From: Amoebidium appalachense
Lineage: Eukaryota > Protista > Ichthyosporea
Length of the DNA: 64,000 nt
Reading direction: 5' to 3'
Assembly (NCBI GenBank): GCA_963693365.1
Contig: CAVNZM010000005.1
Location: 8,598,334 to 8,662,333, forward strand
Numbering within the stretch: position 1 is the stretch's first letter; every line of letters begins with the position of its first letter. The position numbers and the translations under genes were made by a program. The notes under the pieces were generated by a model. The model saw only the letters and a program-made list of their open reading frames with translations, made no database searches and was not told the DNA's origin. Below are positions 1 through 11,836 of the stretch, one piece after another.

Positions 1-659
1 TGTGCGCGGAGTATGTTACGTGCGGACGCATACTGTAGTTAAGATCAACTCGTGTCATTATCAAGGAAGTTCTAACCTATGATACACTGCAAAGACTCAG
101 GCATACCACACTTAACCTTGATGATTGGTTAAAGCTCGGCAACACATGAAAACTAAAGTAAATTAATGAAGTCTGATCACACATGTCAACCTAAGTGTAG
201 CCTAAGTGTGTTACCGTCCAATCAACACACATTAAGTAACACAATGATCTACCTAACATATATTAGTAGAAAAGAAATACGATTATACACATGAAGACAA
301 GGAGAGAAAGAAAAGAAAATAAGGAAGGAGAAAGAGAAAGGAGAAGAGAGCACAGATCAGCAAACAAGATACCGTCAATAGTAGTATAACTATAACTAGA
401 GATATTTATGTACACACGAACATGTACACGTCTCTCCCTCTGAGTTGGTGGATCCGTGTACACACATATAAATATTCTAATTGATATTACAATACACGAT
501 TAAAGCCGATACAACACGATTACAAGTATACAAGCATATCGGAGATCGATGCTACACTTTACATAATAGGAGACTCGGTGTGGCATTTACACTAAGCATA
601 TGAACTGAAACATAACACAAACTGAGAAGATCTTACAATATGTAAATACTACGTATTAT

Positions 660-767
<108 letters not shown>

Positions 768-1760
768 ATGGCACGTGTGTGCGTGTGTGCGCCATTGTGT
801 TTATGGCACAGTGAATTTGCTGATACCAGAGATACATAGCCGGCTAGGGAGGCCCGGGCCCGGCCCCGGGCGAAGGGGAGGTTCAACAGTGTGTGTGTGT
901 GTGGGGGGGGGGGGAGAGGGAGGGAGGGACTCGAGAGGGAGGGCGGGGGAGGGGCCGGGGGAGGGGGGGCCGGGGTTCTTTCCTCGGGAAGGGGGGGAGG
1001 GATGAGAGGGGGGCGGAGAGGGAGGGACCCGGGAGGGAGGGGGGGAGGGGGGGGGGGTCCTTCCTCGGGAGGAAAAGGGTGGGGGGGGGGGGGGGGAAGG
1101 GGTCCGAAGAAGTGGTTTCAGGAGTCCTACTATTAAGGTCTATGCCGAGGTTTCTCGATTATGACGTAGTTATGACGTAACTATAATAAGCGTGATGTCA
1201 TTCAACGGATGATGTCACGAATTCAAGAATGACGTCGCCGGATTACGTACTGTTACGAGCTGGTAGTTGCCAGTGCGACGCTGCCTTCCAGCAGCTTCTA
1301 CTGGCTATCATGGAGGGGCGTTGCTAGGCTCGCTCCCGGGCCTCGCTGCTCGGCCCGGGGCTCGTTTGGGGTCGCCCCCCGGGGCCGTCCGACTCGGGCT
1401 CGCCGGGAAAGTTCTCGCATTATCTGGACACATTCCAAGACCTAAATTGGAAAAACTTGTTCTCCAATCATGTACCGGCTCAATCTTACACGTGCACCTC
1501 AAACAATAACACGATCGCCATTTGAATCTCCCGCCAACCGCGATGCAAATCTGGCTGGTTATGTGTCTGTTCTGATTGCAGTAGTTTTATTGGTTGGACC
1601 AGGCAATAATAGATTGTGTGTTCTCATTGATGCATCTAATTATCTAGTTATGGCGAACTACCGCGGCATCATCCTTTGCGGCTCCCGCCAAATCTGACCA
1701 CCCGCGAACCAAAGGCTTGGCACGTGATCGCTACGGATTTAGTGTCGTTGGGAGAGCGTT

Positions 1761-2473
1761 TGTCGTATCCTAATATATGTGTACTAGAGACGCGGTACTC
1801 TACTAAGTGTACACACACGAAAAGGAACGAACGTGTACAGAAAAACGGTAAAGTTTATTCAGACCAGGCTCCGACGGGCAAACTTAGATCCGAACGGAAT
1901 GAGTCTAAGTTACGACTGAGGCCATCAAGGCCGTGCCCTCAAAGATCATCATCACCTGGCCCCCTACGATGCCACATTCCATTAACATTCCGATCTACTT
2001 TTATCGTGCGCCTGCACGAGCTAAGTCGATCTACTCAACTAATATATTTATCTATGTCTCACCCCTCACCCTCCCCCTAGTGGCACCGCAGAGTCTAAAT
2101 CTACATTTCATACTATCCTCCCCCCCCCTCCCTCCCCCCCTTTCCTCTACATCTACATATATAAATACGTTTGGCAACACACTATCTAACCTTGCCAATA
2201 CTTACAAAAGGGCTTCTGCCCGAACAATCACATTCCTAAGTCCTCCTACGATCTATCCTACACACTAATTAGAATTCTATTGGACGGCTGTCCCGGCTGA
2301 CGTGGTCCAATGCCCTGCGCCGGCAGAGGCAAGATGCACGCAGCTGCCAGACAGCTATCTTGAGGCCTCGGTCTTGATCTTGATGATCTGTGGACCCGGC
2401 CCCCCCCCCCCCCCCCCCCCCGATCTCGATCGTAGACTTAGGCTAATCTGCTGAGACGGATTAGTATATGTCA
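1761..2473 (-). repeat. 3' LTR
   Basis: TGTCGTATCC...TATATGTCA, direct repeat of 8293-9006. Confidence 0.95.
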
Positions 2474-2656
2474 ACTCCCCCCCCGGCCCCCGGAAAAGCT
2501 GAGTCCCACCTCAGTCACATTACATCTAACACCCCCTAAAAAGACATAGACTAATCAGTCTCCCAAAAAAATTAAAATTAAATAAATTACGAAGAAAAAT
2601 AATAAATTAATCTACACCATAAGCTTGATACCTACGGAGACACCTATGATAATAAA

Positions 2657-4547
2657 TTAAATTCCTACGACTACGTTCACACTCCTCCTCGGTCTCCTCC
2701 CCCCTCCCCCTCCCCCCGTGTGTCTACGTGTATTTGCATCACTCCCCCCCCCGGCCCCCTCCCCCGTCGACTTTTTCAAACCACGATTAAACTGAGGAAT
2801 AACTCTCTTTGGCCTAGAGGGAGCACTAGGCAACTCCCTCTGCACTAATCTAGCCTCATAAGCACGAATAGAAAACGGGCAATCCAAATGAAACTCAGGC
2901 AACCACTGATCTTCCTGATAACCTCCCTCAAAACGAAATAAATAATAATTTACCTTACCTTCCTTACCTTCGATAACCTTTTTATCCATAATTTTATCTA
3001 CTGCAGCCTCCGATACATCCACCGACCCGTCATAGTCGGGGGTGAATGCATCTAACACTCGACGGCCCTCCGGCCGTTTAACCCTAAGGGCCCTATCATA
3101 ATATTCCTTTATATCATCTACATTATAAAATCTAACATCACTCTCATTATCTAACCTCTGCACCTTATATTCCGTCGGACCTAACCTAGCCACTATTTTA
3201 TACGGGCCAATGAAAAGAGGCAACCATTTCTTACCATACTTACGAAGACCTTCACCTTCACCCTTACCTTCCTGCTCCTGCTTATATCTCTTTTTCCTAG
3301 TATGATCCCTAATTAAAACTAAAGTACCCTCGGCAAATTCACGTAACGGACGTGTGGACACGTCTGCACGTGTCTGTGCCTGCTGTGTACGGGCCAGAGC
3401 TGCATCACGTGCAGCCCGGGCCCGGGTTAGTAGCTGCTCCCGGAACTCAGTCCAGTGGGGATAAGTTAGTCGGTCAGCCCCCCCCCATCGGCAAAAGTGC
3501 CGTATCTAACAAACTAATAGCCTCCTGCCCATAGACCAAATAAAACGGAGAAAAACCAGTCACAGCATGAGGGGTAGAATTATATGAATGAGCAATAAAC
3601 CTAGACATATGATCCCAATCATTAGTCTCCACATCCACCATTTTGCCAAAGGACTTCTGAAACACTGCATGCACACGTTCAGAGATGGCATTTGCTTGAG
3701 GGTGATATGCAGACGTAGTGATATGGGCTACCCTTAAAATTTTACACACCTCCGACACCAACTGATTTAAAAACACACGACTCCTATCCGTTAACAAAAC
3801 CCGAGGACAACCAAACCTAAGACAAATTTCATCCACAAAAATACGAGCAAACATCACGGCATTAGCAGTGGGGAGAGGAAAAACTTCAACCCAACGAGTG
3901 GCCACATCGGTGACGGTAACAAGAACAGTGTTACCCTCAACCGTAGAATTAAAAGGACCGACCACATCCACTGCTACCCTTTCAAACATACGAACATTAA
4001 AATCCCTAATAAACGACGGGCGGGAACGAGAGTGGGGACTCTCATTCCTTTCCTGAAAATGCATGCATGACAACACATAATCCCTCACCTCCCTACTCAT
4101 ACGCGGCCAAAAATACGAACGATTAACACGAAGCAACGTCCTATTTACACCTAAATGACCAGCCATGGGATGCTCATGCACCATATGCAAAACCTCAGGC
4201 ACAAGTGCCGTCGGGACCCAAACTCGGTGTCCGTCTGGCCCAGAACAATGATAAACTAAATCCTGCTCTACCTGACACATTTTTGCTAACTTAGCTACCT
4301 TAATCATCTGCCTTTTATTTTTAAATTTAATCGAACCAACCGGCCCCTTTAAATAATTCTTAACCAGACCAATCAACACATCTTCCTCCTGAGCTAAGAT
4401 CAAAGCCGTAGGTGCTAAGGCAGGGGCCGACGGAGCCATGAGACTCGGTCCCGACCTCAGACACTGACAAATACCTCCCCCCCCCTCTCCTACACTTATA
4501 AGCAAGCAACCCCGGAACCCAAGAAGACACATCCACAGACACAGCAT
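2657..4547 (-). CDS. Retrotransposon integrase (HHCC, DDE core, GPY/F, chromodomain); frame break in the C-run at ~3478-3487
   Basis: HEHPMAGH..SCMHF, VAVDVVGPF, LLTDRS, ISERVH, FIGPYKIV, chromo-like VDKIMDKK..YLFRFEG..DQWLPEFHL. The frame ADRLTYPHWTEFREQ... joins the two ORFs if the homopolymer is corrected. Confidence 0.85.
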
Positions 4548-4808
4548 CTATTCCTTTCTGCTCACTCTCCCCCCCCTTCCCCCCCTCCCCCCCCGTCTCT
4601 CACTATCCCCCCCTCCCCCTCCTTCTCTTCTTCAAACAAAATATAAGCAGCACGAGAGAGAGCATCACAGTCAACCATTGTTACCCCCATCACAAGTGGA
4701 TGCATCCTTATTCACGGCACCGGAGTGCCACTTAACATTTCACCTCCTGTATTACATCGGTGCTGCTCGGGGTGAGGTGGAGGTACCTCCGGATATAGGC
4801 GGTCACCC

Positions 4809-5936
4809 TTAGCACCCCCCTCCCCCCGGCACACCCATGCCCCCGGGCAATTCCTGATGAGTTAGTGCATGTATGTGGGGGGCCAGGTCTGTGGCCACCC
4901 TGCCCCCCACGGTGTTGGTTAACCCGTCAGATCCACGGGTTAGACCAACACCCTTCCCCCCTGCCTGCACATTCTCACACCCGGGGTGACCCTCCTTCCT
5001 CTTGGGGGTCGGGGGAGTGGGACCGGTGCTGTCCCGGTCCCCCCCCCCATCGTGTCGGGTGACATTTTGGTGGCTAACGTTAAATAAAGTTGTTCCCCCT
5101 CCTCCTGAGTCACCCTTCGAGCCGGCATCCTCCTTTTGGGTAATAAGAGAGACCTCTATACTACCAATCTCATTAGTGAAACTACCGACGGAAACACCTG
5201 ACCTAATCACTATAGGCTCGATGCCCGGATTCACTAATTCTATTTCTATTGTCTTATCCGGCCATACCCTACTAAGGGTCCATTGGGCCACCTCCTGAAA
5301 TGGGGTTTTCGGAGTAAAAACCCCTAAATCCCCTATCCTAACATGATTGCCGGCCCGGACACGTACCGTTTGGCACTGATAAGGCTCGATTACTACTTCA
5401 GCTACCGTTCTAGCACCAGACTGATAACCGTCGAGCCCATCATGGGTTTTAATTTTAACGCCGGACTGCAATTCTAAAACATTCGTACGTGCAAACAAAG
5501 CATTCACATGTCTACGGAAAAATGGGGCTCCCAACAAAACACTTTGAGCTAAATCCTTAACCACATAACAAGCAATATGCATAGCCTGGCCACCTATCTC
5601 ACACGGCAACACACAAACACCTTCCACAGACATACTACTATTATTAGCACTACCTAAGGCTGTGCTAGAGGCATCTAAAATAGGAATTTCCCCCCCGGCC
5701 TGATTAAAACGACGAATAAACGAAGCATGCACACAATTAACCTGAGCCCCTCTATCGAGCAAAGCAACAGCCTTCAACTTACCATCAGCTAACCATACGT
5801 CTATATAATGCCGGCTAAAACCAACTAAATCCTCCTCCAATTCAAGCAACACATCATCACTCACACCCAATCCCTGCCCACGAAGACTCACACCCTCGAT
5901 ACCTACGTGCAACATACCTACCTGTGGTGCCTGCAC
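4809..5936 (-). CDS. Retropepsin-like protease region (LLDRGAQVN) followed by a beta-rich linker and low-complexity sequence
   Basis: Retroviral protease motif pattern (D-S/T-G is here D-R-G) plus VLLGAPFF. An RNase H tail remnant DCDALSR lies at ~4650-4675. Confidence 0.75.
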   Translation of the reverse strand: MQAPQVGMLHVGIEGVSLRGQGLGVSDDVLLELEEDLVGFSRHYIDVWLADGKLKAVALLDRGAQVNCVHASFIRRFNQAGGEIPILDASSTALGSANNSSMSVEGVCVLPCEIGGQAMHIACYVVKDLAQSVLLGAPFFRRHVNALFARTNVLELQSGVKIKTHDGLDGYQSGARTVAEVVIEPYQCQTVRVRAGNHVRIGDLGVFTPKTPFQEVAQWTLSRVWPDKTIEIELVNPGIEPIVIRSGVSVGSFTNEIGSIEVSLITQKEDAGSKGDSGGGGTTLFNVSHQNVTRHDGGGDRDSTGPTPPTPKRKEGHPGCENVQAGGKGVGLTRGSDGLTNTVGGRVATDLAPHIHALTHQELPGGMGVPGGGGC

Positions 5937-6502
5937 GGGTGGGGTGGGGTGTGTATGTGGTGTGGGTGGTGGTGGAGTGTGTGTTTGTGGTGTGTGGGTG
6001 GGTGGTGTGTGTGTGTTTGGTGTATGTGTGGGTGTGTGTATGGGTGTAGGTGTGTCTGCAACCGTCGTATGTTGTTGTGGTGGTGTGTTTCTACGTGTCT
6101 GTGCCTTCCCCCCCCTTCCCCTTTTACTCGTGTGTGTCCCCCCCCCCTCCCGGAAACAATGGCACAGAAACCCCCTCCGGTGTGGTTAGAATAAACACCG
6201 GGTTGGGACAAGAAACACTGAGACCATCCACTTGTGGCTGGGGAACCTCCCCCAACCACAAAACATTCACACCATTCATACCTTTGGTAGAGTCACCCCA
6301 CAAACATTCATGCCATACCACCTGGACGCTGTCTTGAGGACCCACGACGATGCCCGGCTCCCACACGTATCGGGGCGGTGAGGGGGCAAAGGGAAGCTTA
6401 ACCTGGGGTGGGGGAGGGTAAAGGTTCTCTGCAACCTGGGGGGGACCGATACTGTCCCCCCCCCCTCCCTCAGTGACCCCAGCTTCCCCCTCCCCCCGGA
6501 AC

Positions 6503-8133
6503 TCAATAGCTCTTGTAACTACGGCAATATGCAGCAGAGTGCCCTTGCCGGCCACAAAAGTAACATGCACCAAAGAAGGGGCCAGGGGGGACTTCAAAAC
6601 CTTGGCGCAAAGCATAACCGGGAGCCCGGTCATGCTGGGGGGGCCCACCGTGTGCACCACGGCCCCCCCTTCCCCCCTGCCCCCCTCGGCCTCTCTCACC
6701 ACCATTTCCACCCCCTCCCTCTACCCTGCCCACCACCACGAGCAAGATAAGGGGCAAACCTCTCGGTGAACTGCTGCTGTTGTCCTCCACGTCCACCTCG
6801 GCCACGACCGCCGTGTCCACCCCGGTCGCCGCCACGGCCACCCCGGAAGCCGAAGCCCCCTCGGCCAGAAAAGACGGCCTGGGAGAGCTCGGCAACCAGG
6901 CTGCTTGACCAACATGGTGAGTGCATCTGGCTGTTCACCCTCTTTTTTCTCTTTTTCCCCCTTCTGTCCACTCTCCTTCTTTTTCTTGTCTACTTCCATC
7001 ACTTCCTTTTTATCCCTCTTATTGAACTTCACCTCGTGCATGGGTTATTTCTAGTTTTTTTTTTTTTTTTTTTTCCTTTTTGGTGTTATGTGGCTCACCG
7101 ATCTGGTTTTTGATTGGTGAGGCTGGATGGCATTCCTGTCCCACAATCACGGCTACGAAATTGCTTTGGTATAAAAGCAATTCGGTAGGTCAGTTCATCT
7201 GGGGAATGATTGCCGGTAATGGTGATCTGGCACAATAAATGGTTGCGCCTTTCAATGACGTACACCAGCCCGCCACATAGTAACAGTAAGCCAAGCTCCC
7301 AAAAGAGCGACCGCGAGCCGGACACGACACATGGCAAGCAAGTGACGTTTAACATGCAACACCACCTCATCTACATCATCATGCTCCCCAAACATGCGTG
7401 CAGTGTCTGTGTTTACAGAGAGAGCCTTACGAGCAAACTCGAATTTTTCCCTATCACTCACGTCACCAGCTAACTCACAAAGGTCTTCAAAGACCCGATA
7501 TTCCCTCTCAAAGAATGCACGAGCTTCTACGGGGGACATATCTAAAGTGGGAAAGGTATACTTCCATTCTCTGAGCTGGGCCCGGAAGGTACGGCGCCGG
7601 TCGGCCGTCAGGTATCGGCCGACGAGCCGGGCCGTATACTCGAGCTCGTTTTCCGGCCGTGTGAAGGCCTCGAGCTCCCCGTCCACGTCGTCGGTGCTGT
7701 TCTCGTCCTCGTCGTCGGGGATGAACCGTGCGGCCAGACGTTTCTGGCCGAGTGTCCGGGACACCATCTCGTCCCTCCCCTCGTCGTACTGCTGCTCGTA
7801 TATACGAGCCGTCACCTGGGGGGCCTGCTCGGCCCGGTACGGGTGCTCCTCCATCAGGGTGCATAAGTCGGCCATTGTTTTGTGGTCGATGCACTGTTTG
7901 ATCATTAAGCACGAGGCCGCCACAGTGGGGGCCTTCTTTGTGTCTAACACTAGTGTGGGTGTGTTAGCTAGGAGTGTCCTAAGCCACCTAGGTATTTCCG
8001 AGTCGTGTTTGAGTGTAAAACTGAAAGCTGTGGTCTGTCTAACGTCTAGTGTATGAACCTGTGGTACCTGTGTGTGCAGGGAGCTATCCTCCGCTGCCAA
8101 TGCGTAGAACATGTCTACGTTAAACTTAGCCAT
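6503..8133 (-). pseudogene. Gag-like ORF with RGG tract and CCHC zinc knuckle, interrupted by a 286-bp insert and frameshifts
   Basis: Starts MAKFNVDMF at 8133; knuckle CYFCGRQGHSAAYC. Removing 7044-7329 plus one CATGG copy restores ...HLLAMHEVKFNK. Confidence 0.8.
7044..7329 (-). mobile_element. 286-bp insertion with 5-bp TSD (solo-LTR-like or short retroposed element)
   Basis: CATGG at 7039-7043 and 7330-7334. Minus strand begins TGTCGTG and has an A-run near its end. Confidence 0.7.
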
Positions 8134-8292
8134 TGTGTGGTGTTCGGGTGGTTGTGTTTATGTTGTTGTTTTTTTTTTTTTGTTTTTTTTTTGTTTTTTT
8201 TTTCTTTGTGTTTGAGGTGTAGCAACAGCCCAGAAGGAACTGTCACCGCGTTACCCTAGCGCGAAAAACCGCACTAAAAGAAAGGTGTAGCT

Positions 8293-9006
8293 TGTCGTAT
8301 CCTAATATATGTGTACTAGAGACGCGGTACTCTACTAAGTGTACACACACGAAAAGGAACGAACGTGTACAGAAAAACGGTAAAGTTTATTCAGACCAGG
8401 CTCCGACGGGCAAACTTAGATCCGAACGGAATGAGTCTAAGTTACGACTGAGGCCATCAAGGCCGTGCCCTCAAAGATCATCATCACCTGGCCCCCTACG
8501 ATGCCACATTCCATTAACATTCCGATCTACTTTTATCGTGCGCCTGCACGAGCTAAGTCGATCTACTCAACTAATATATTTATCTATGTCTCACCCCTCA
8601 CCCTCCCCCTAGTGGCACCGCAGAGTCTAAATCTACATTTCATACTATCCTCCCCCCCCCTCCCTCCCCCCCTTTCCTCTACATCTACATATATAAATAC
8701 GTTTGGCAACACACTATCTAACCTTGCCAATACTTACAAAAGGGCTTCTGCCCGAACAATCACATTCCTAAGTCCTCCTACGATCTATCCTACACACTAA
8801 TTAGAATTCTATTGGACGGCTGTCCCGGCTGACGTGGTCCAATGCCCTGCGCCGGCAGAGGCAAGATGCACGCAGCTGCCAGACAGCTATCTTGAGGCCT
8901 CGGTCTTGATCTTGATGATCTGTGGACCCGGCCCCCCCCCCCCCCCCCCCCCCCGATCTCGATCGTAGACTTAGGCTAATCTGCTGAGACGGATTAGTAT
9001 ATGTCA
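8293..9006 (-). repeat. 5' LTR
   Basis: Direct repeat of 1761-2473. Confidence 0.95.
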
Positions 9007-11091
9007 GCGTTGGCCAACTTGTATTCTTCGTAGCGTAGGAGTGCGCAGCATCTGAAAAACGATGTGACAATTGGTTGGGATCAATTTTAAAGGATCTGCT
9101 AAGATGGTCCTGGTTGCATCTGTGATCTTTGGTGAGAGCTAGGACATTCAATGCAAATTCTTCTGGTCGTGTTTGGACGGACGGTGGTAAGCCCCAAATG
9201 AGGGGTGTGATGAAGCTGTTGGGATCTGCTCGTCTTCTCCAGCAGTGTGTTTGAAATTGAGGGTGATTGATGCTGTGTTTGAAATTCTCATTGATGCATC
9301 TAGTTATGGCGAATTACCGCGGCATCATCCTTTGTGGCTCCCGCCAAATCTGACCACCCGCGAACCAAAGGCTTGGCACGTGATCGTCGACTTATCAGGG
9401 TTGAGCCATCACACGATCACAAATGGTCGGGCCAGGTTTTTGTCTGAACTCATTCACCAATGGAATTACCGTGGCGTTATCCTTTGTGGCTCCCGCCAAA
9501 TCTGACCACCCGCGAACCAACGCGGCGTCATCGCGGCTCCCCAAATCTGACCATCCGCGAATCCCAGTCCCGGCACGTGATCAGCGACTTAATTTTAAAA
9601 TATTTTAGTTCGCGCTGGGGAATTGCATGCGCACAGGCTAAGCGGCAATCAGCTACGCGGCCTGACTTTATGCAAACCCGGGTGCGCTGTAAGTCTGGTA
9701 ACCAATCATAATCACAGTAACCACTGCAATTATCAATGAAATTACCGCGGTGTCATCCTTTACGGCTCCCGCCAAATCTGACCATCCGCGAACCAAAGGC
9801 CCGGCACGTGATCGGCGACTTATCAGGGCCGAGCCATCACACGATCACCAATGGTCGGGCCAGGTTTTTGGTCTCACTCACTCATCACTTACTCACTCAA
9901 TCACTCATCACTCACTCACTCACTCACAAATCCCGGCTGGGGCTGTAGGATGAGAACTGCTGCCATGCTGTAGGATGAGAACTGCTAAGCTTCGCTTCTC
10001 CGTTGATTGTAAATTGTGGCTCACGGGCAGCCGAAGCCGATAAAACTGAGCGCACTGATTGGTAATTGCCATATATGAAATGTTCGTTTTAGGAAAGTCC
10101 GGACAGGGATAAAAAATTACGTCATAATCGAGAAACCCCGACATAGTCGTTAAAGTACATACTATGATAACATGCAGTACATACAGTCATACAGTGAATG
10201 TAATTTTGTTACTGTCTTTCGATGGTAATTATTTTTAGATGTACCTATTTAAAAGAGTGAGAAAGTCCTGCGTGTCGGCTCGTTAGAGTAAGAGTCGCCG
10301 GATCAACTTTTTTTAGATTTCGTTGCAACTTCCGAAGAGCTTGCAACGCGAGTCTCGCCAGATCTGAGTCTGTGACATTAAAAGGGTAAGACTGAATAAA
10401 ACGGGCACCTGCAAAGGCCTTTATATATGCGGGGAAAGAGCGCATGGGGTCAAAAACCAAACGGATTGGTAGAAAAAGCGGCTACAGAGCCAAAAGCATA
10501 GTGCTTGCGGAGTGGACAAAGGAACAATTGGCCAGATGATCACAAATTGCAGTATATCAATAATGGCTTTGGTTTCAGACCTTGTATTCATAAACATTCG
10601 GCACATTTTTTTTTTTTATCTTTGTTTTTTCTAAGATTGTTTTAAATAAGAGTTTTCAAGAACTTATCTGCTGAAGCATATACGGTGTTACATGTGTACA
10701 CATGTCTGTATCTCTTCTAGCGCTTGATTCGATTTATGTCATGCATTTGTTTTATTTTTCCGCTCAGGTGCGGACGATCTCTTCAATGATTGGCTGCTGT
10801 GATCGCCTATCGTAAGAGTCGTTTCAAACGAGTATTTCTCGTCGTTCTGTTTCATGTTTTAGTAGTTTTAGTCACCTTGTCAAGAACATACAAAAGGCCT
10901 ACAGTACTCTTGTTCAAGCTTGGGTATATGCGTAACAGCTTTCCCTATTAGTGCCTGAGCTGGGGAGTGTGTGCCTATGCAGGAGTGCGTGTGTGTGCGC
11001 CTTCACAGGATTGGAAAACGGCCTTAGATACACACCATTTTTTACTTCCTTCTTATAGTAGTGCGTGCATGTGCACTGAAAGGCAGACAAC

Positions 11092-11796
11092 ATGAAGTTC
11101 ACTGAGCATCTTGAGGCTAATGCGCCTAAGGAATGGCGGTTCAATTTTGTCGACTACAAAGCACTAAAGGGCTTCCTAAGGAGAAACACAGAGGCGGCAA
11201 GATGGGATGATAACCTTGAGGCTAAGTTCATTGTCATGCTGGAGAATGAGCTCAAGAAGGTTTGTTAACTTCTCTTGCATAGACGAATGTTATGTGTCCT
11301 ACTCTCCGCTTTTGTAGTCCTTTGGAAGGGAAGACTCGGGCGGGTTCAGTTGAGTGATTGGGCGAAGGGAAGGGGAGGGTGGAGGAAGTCTAGGCACGGG
11401 AAGGATGGCGAAAGGGTGGCGAGAAGAGGGAGGTGGTATGGCGGGGAGAGAAACGGGAGAAAATGGTTTTCACATCAGTGGGGGCAAGGATGGTGACGGG
11501 GAAGGGGGGGGGGGGGGGGGAGGGGAGGGGGATCGTTCGTGGAAGGTGTACTGTTGCGGTGGAGGCCGAAAGATTGTGTTATATTACACTTTTGTAGTCA
11601 AACAGACAGGGGAAGCACACAAGGCTCACAATACAGTGGCATGAGTAAGTGTCTGTGTGTGTGCGGGCGTTCGGCAGGTAGGGAGAGGGGGGAAGGGGGG
11701 GGAGGGGGGTGTCACACAGTATCGTGGATTACGTAGAAACCCATAGGCTTAGCACTTGGAGTTCCTATATTGCCACTGCAACGCTGGGGTGGGGGT

Positions 11797-11836
<40 letters not shown>

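Larger units (their letters stand above)
1761..9006 (-). mobile_element. Ty3/gypsy chromodomain-type LTR retrotransposon lacking RT and most of RNase H
   Basis: LTRs 1761-2473 and 8293-9006 with TG...CA ends, identical by eye except a C-run. 5-bp TSD GCGTT (1756-1760, 9007-9011). Polypurine tract GGGGGCCGGGGGGGGAGT abuts the 3' LTR on the minus strand. Internal order gag-CCHC-protease-integrase-chromodomain. Confidence 0.95.
1620..9870 (+). repeat. Internal direct-repeat units of the TIR element (core ...ACCGCGGCATCATCCTTTGTGGCTCCCGCCAAATCTGACCACCCGCGAACCAAAGGC...)
   Basis: Copies at ~1620-1730, ~9284-9440, ~9466-9520, ~9530-9585 (partial) and ~9742-9870. Confidence 0.85.
1137..10149. mobile_element. 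Non-autonomous DNA transposon with ~32-bp imperfect TIRs and TTAA target duplication (Kolobok-like termini); ~1.76 kb once the nested LTR element is removed
   Basis: Left end TTAA(1133-1136)-GGTCTATGCCGAGGTTTCTCGATTATGACGTA. Right end reverse complement TTAA(10150-10153)-CGACTATGTCGGGGTTTCTCGATTATGACGTA. No transposase ORF seen. TTAA TSD with GG start fits Kolobok better than piggyBac (CC start). Confidence 0.7.

Noticed and set aside
9012-9283. Possible degraded LINE ORF2 3' fragment (minus) inside the TIR element
   Set aside because: Only vague resemblance to the C-terminus of the LINE at 31300; needs frameshifts and cannot be supported by eye
9300-9870. Repeat-spacer-like array resembling CRISPR
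   Set aside because: Units are long and irregular, intervening sequences are themselves repeated, context is eukaryotic and there are no cas genes
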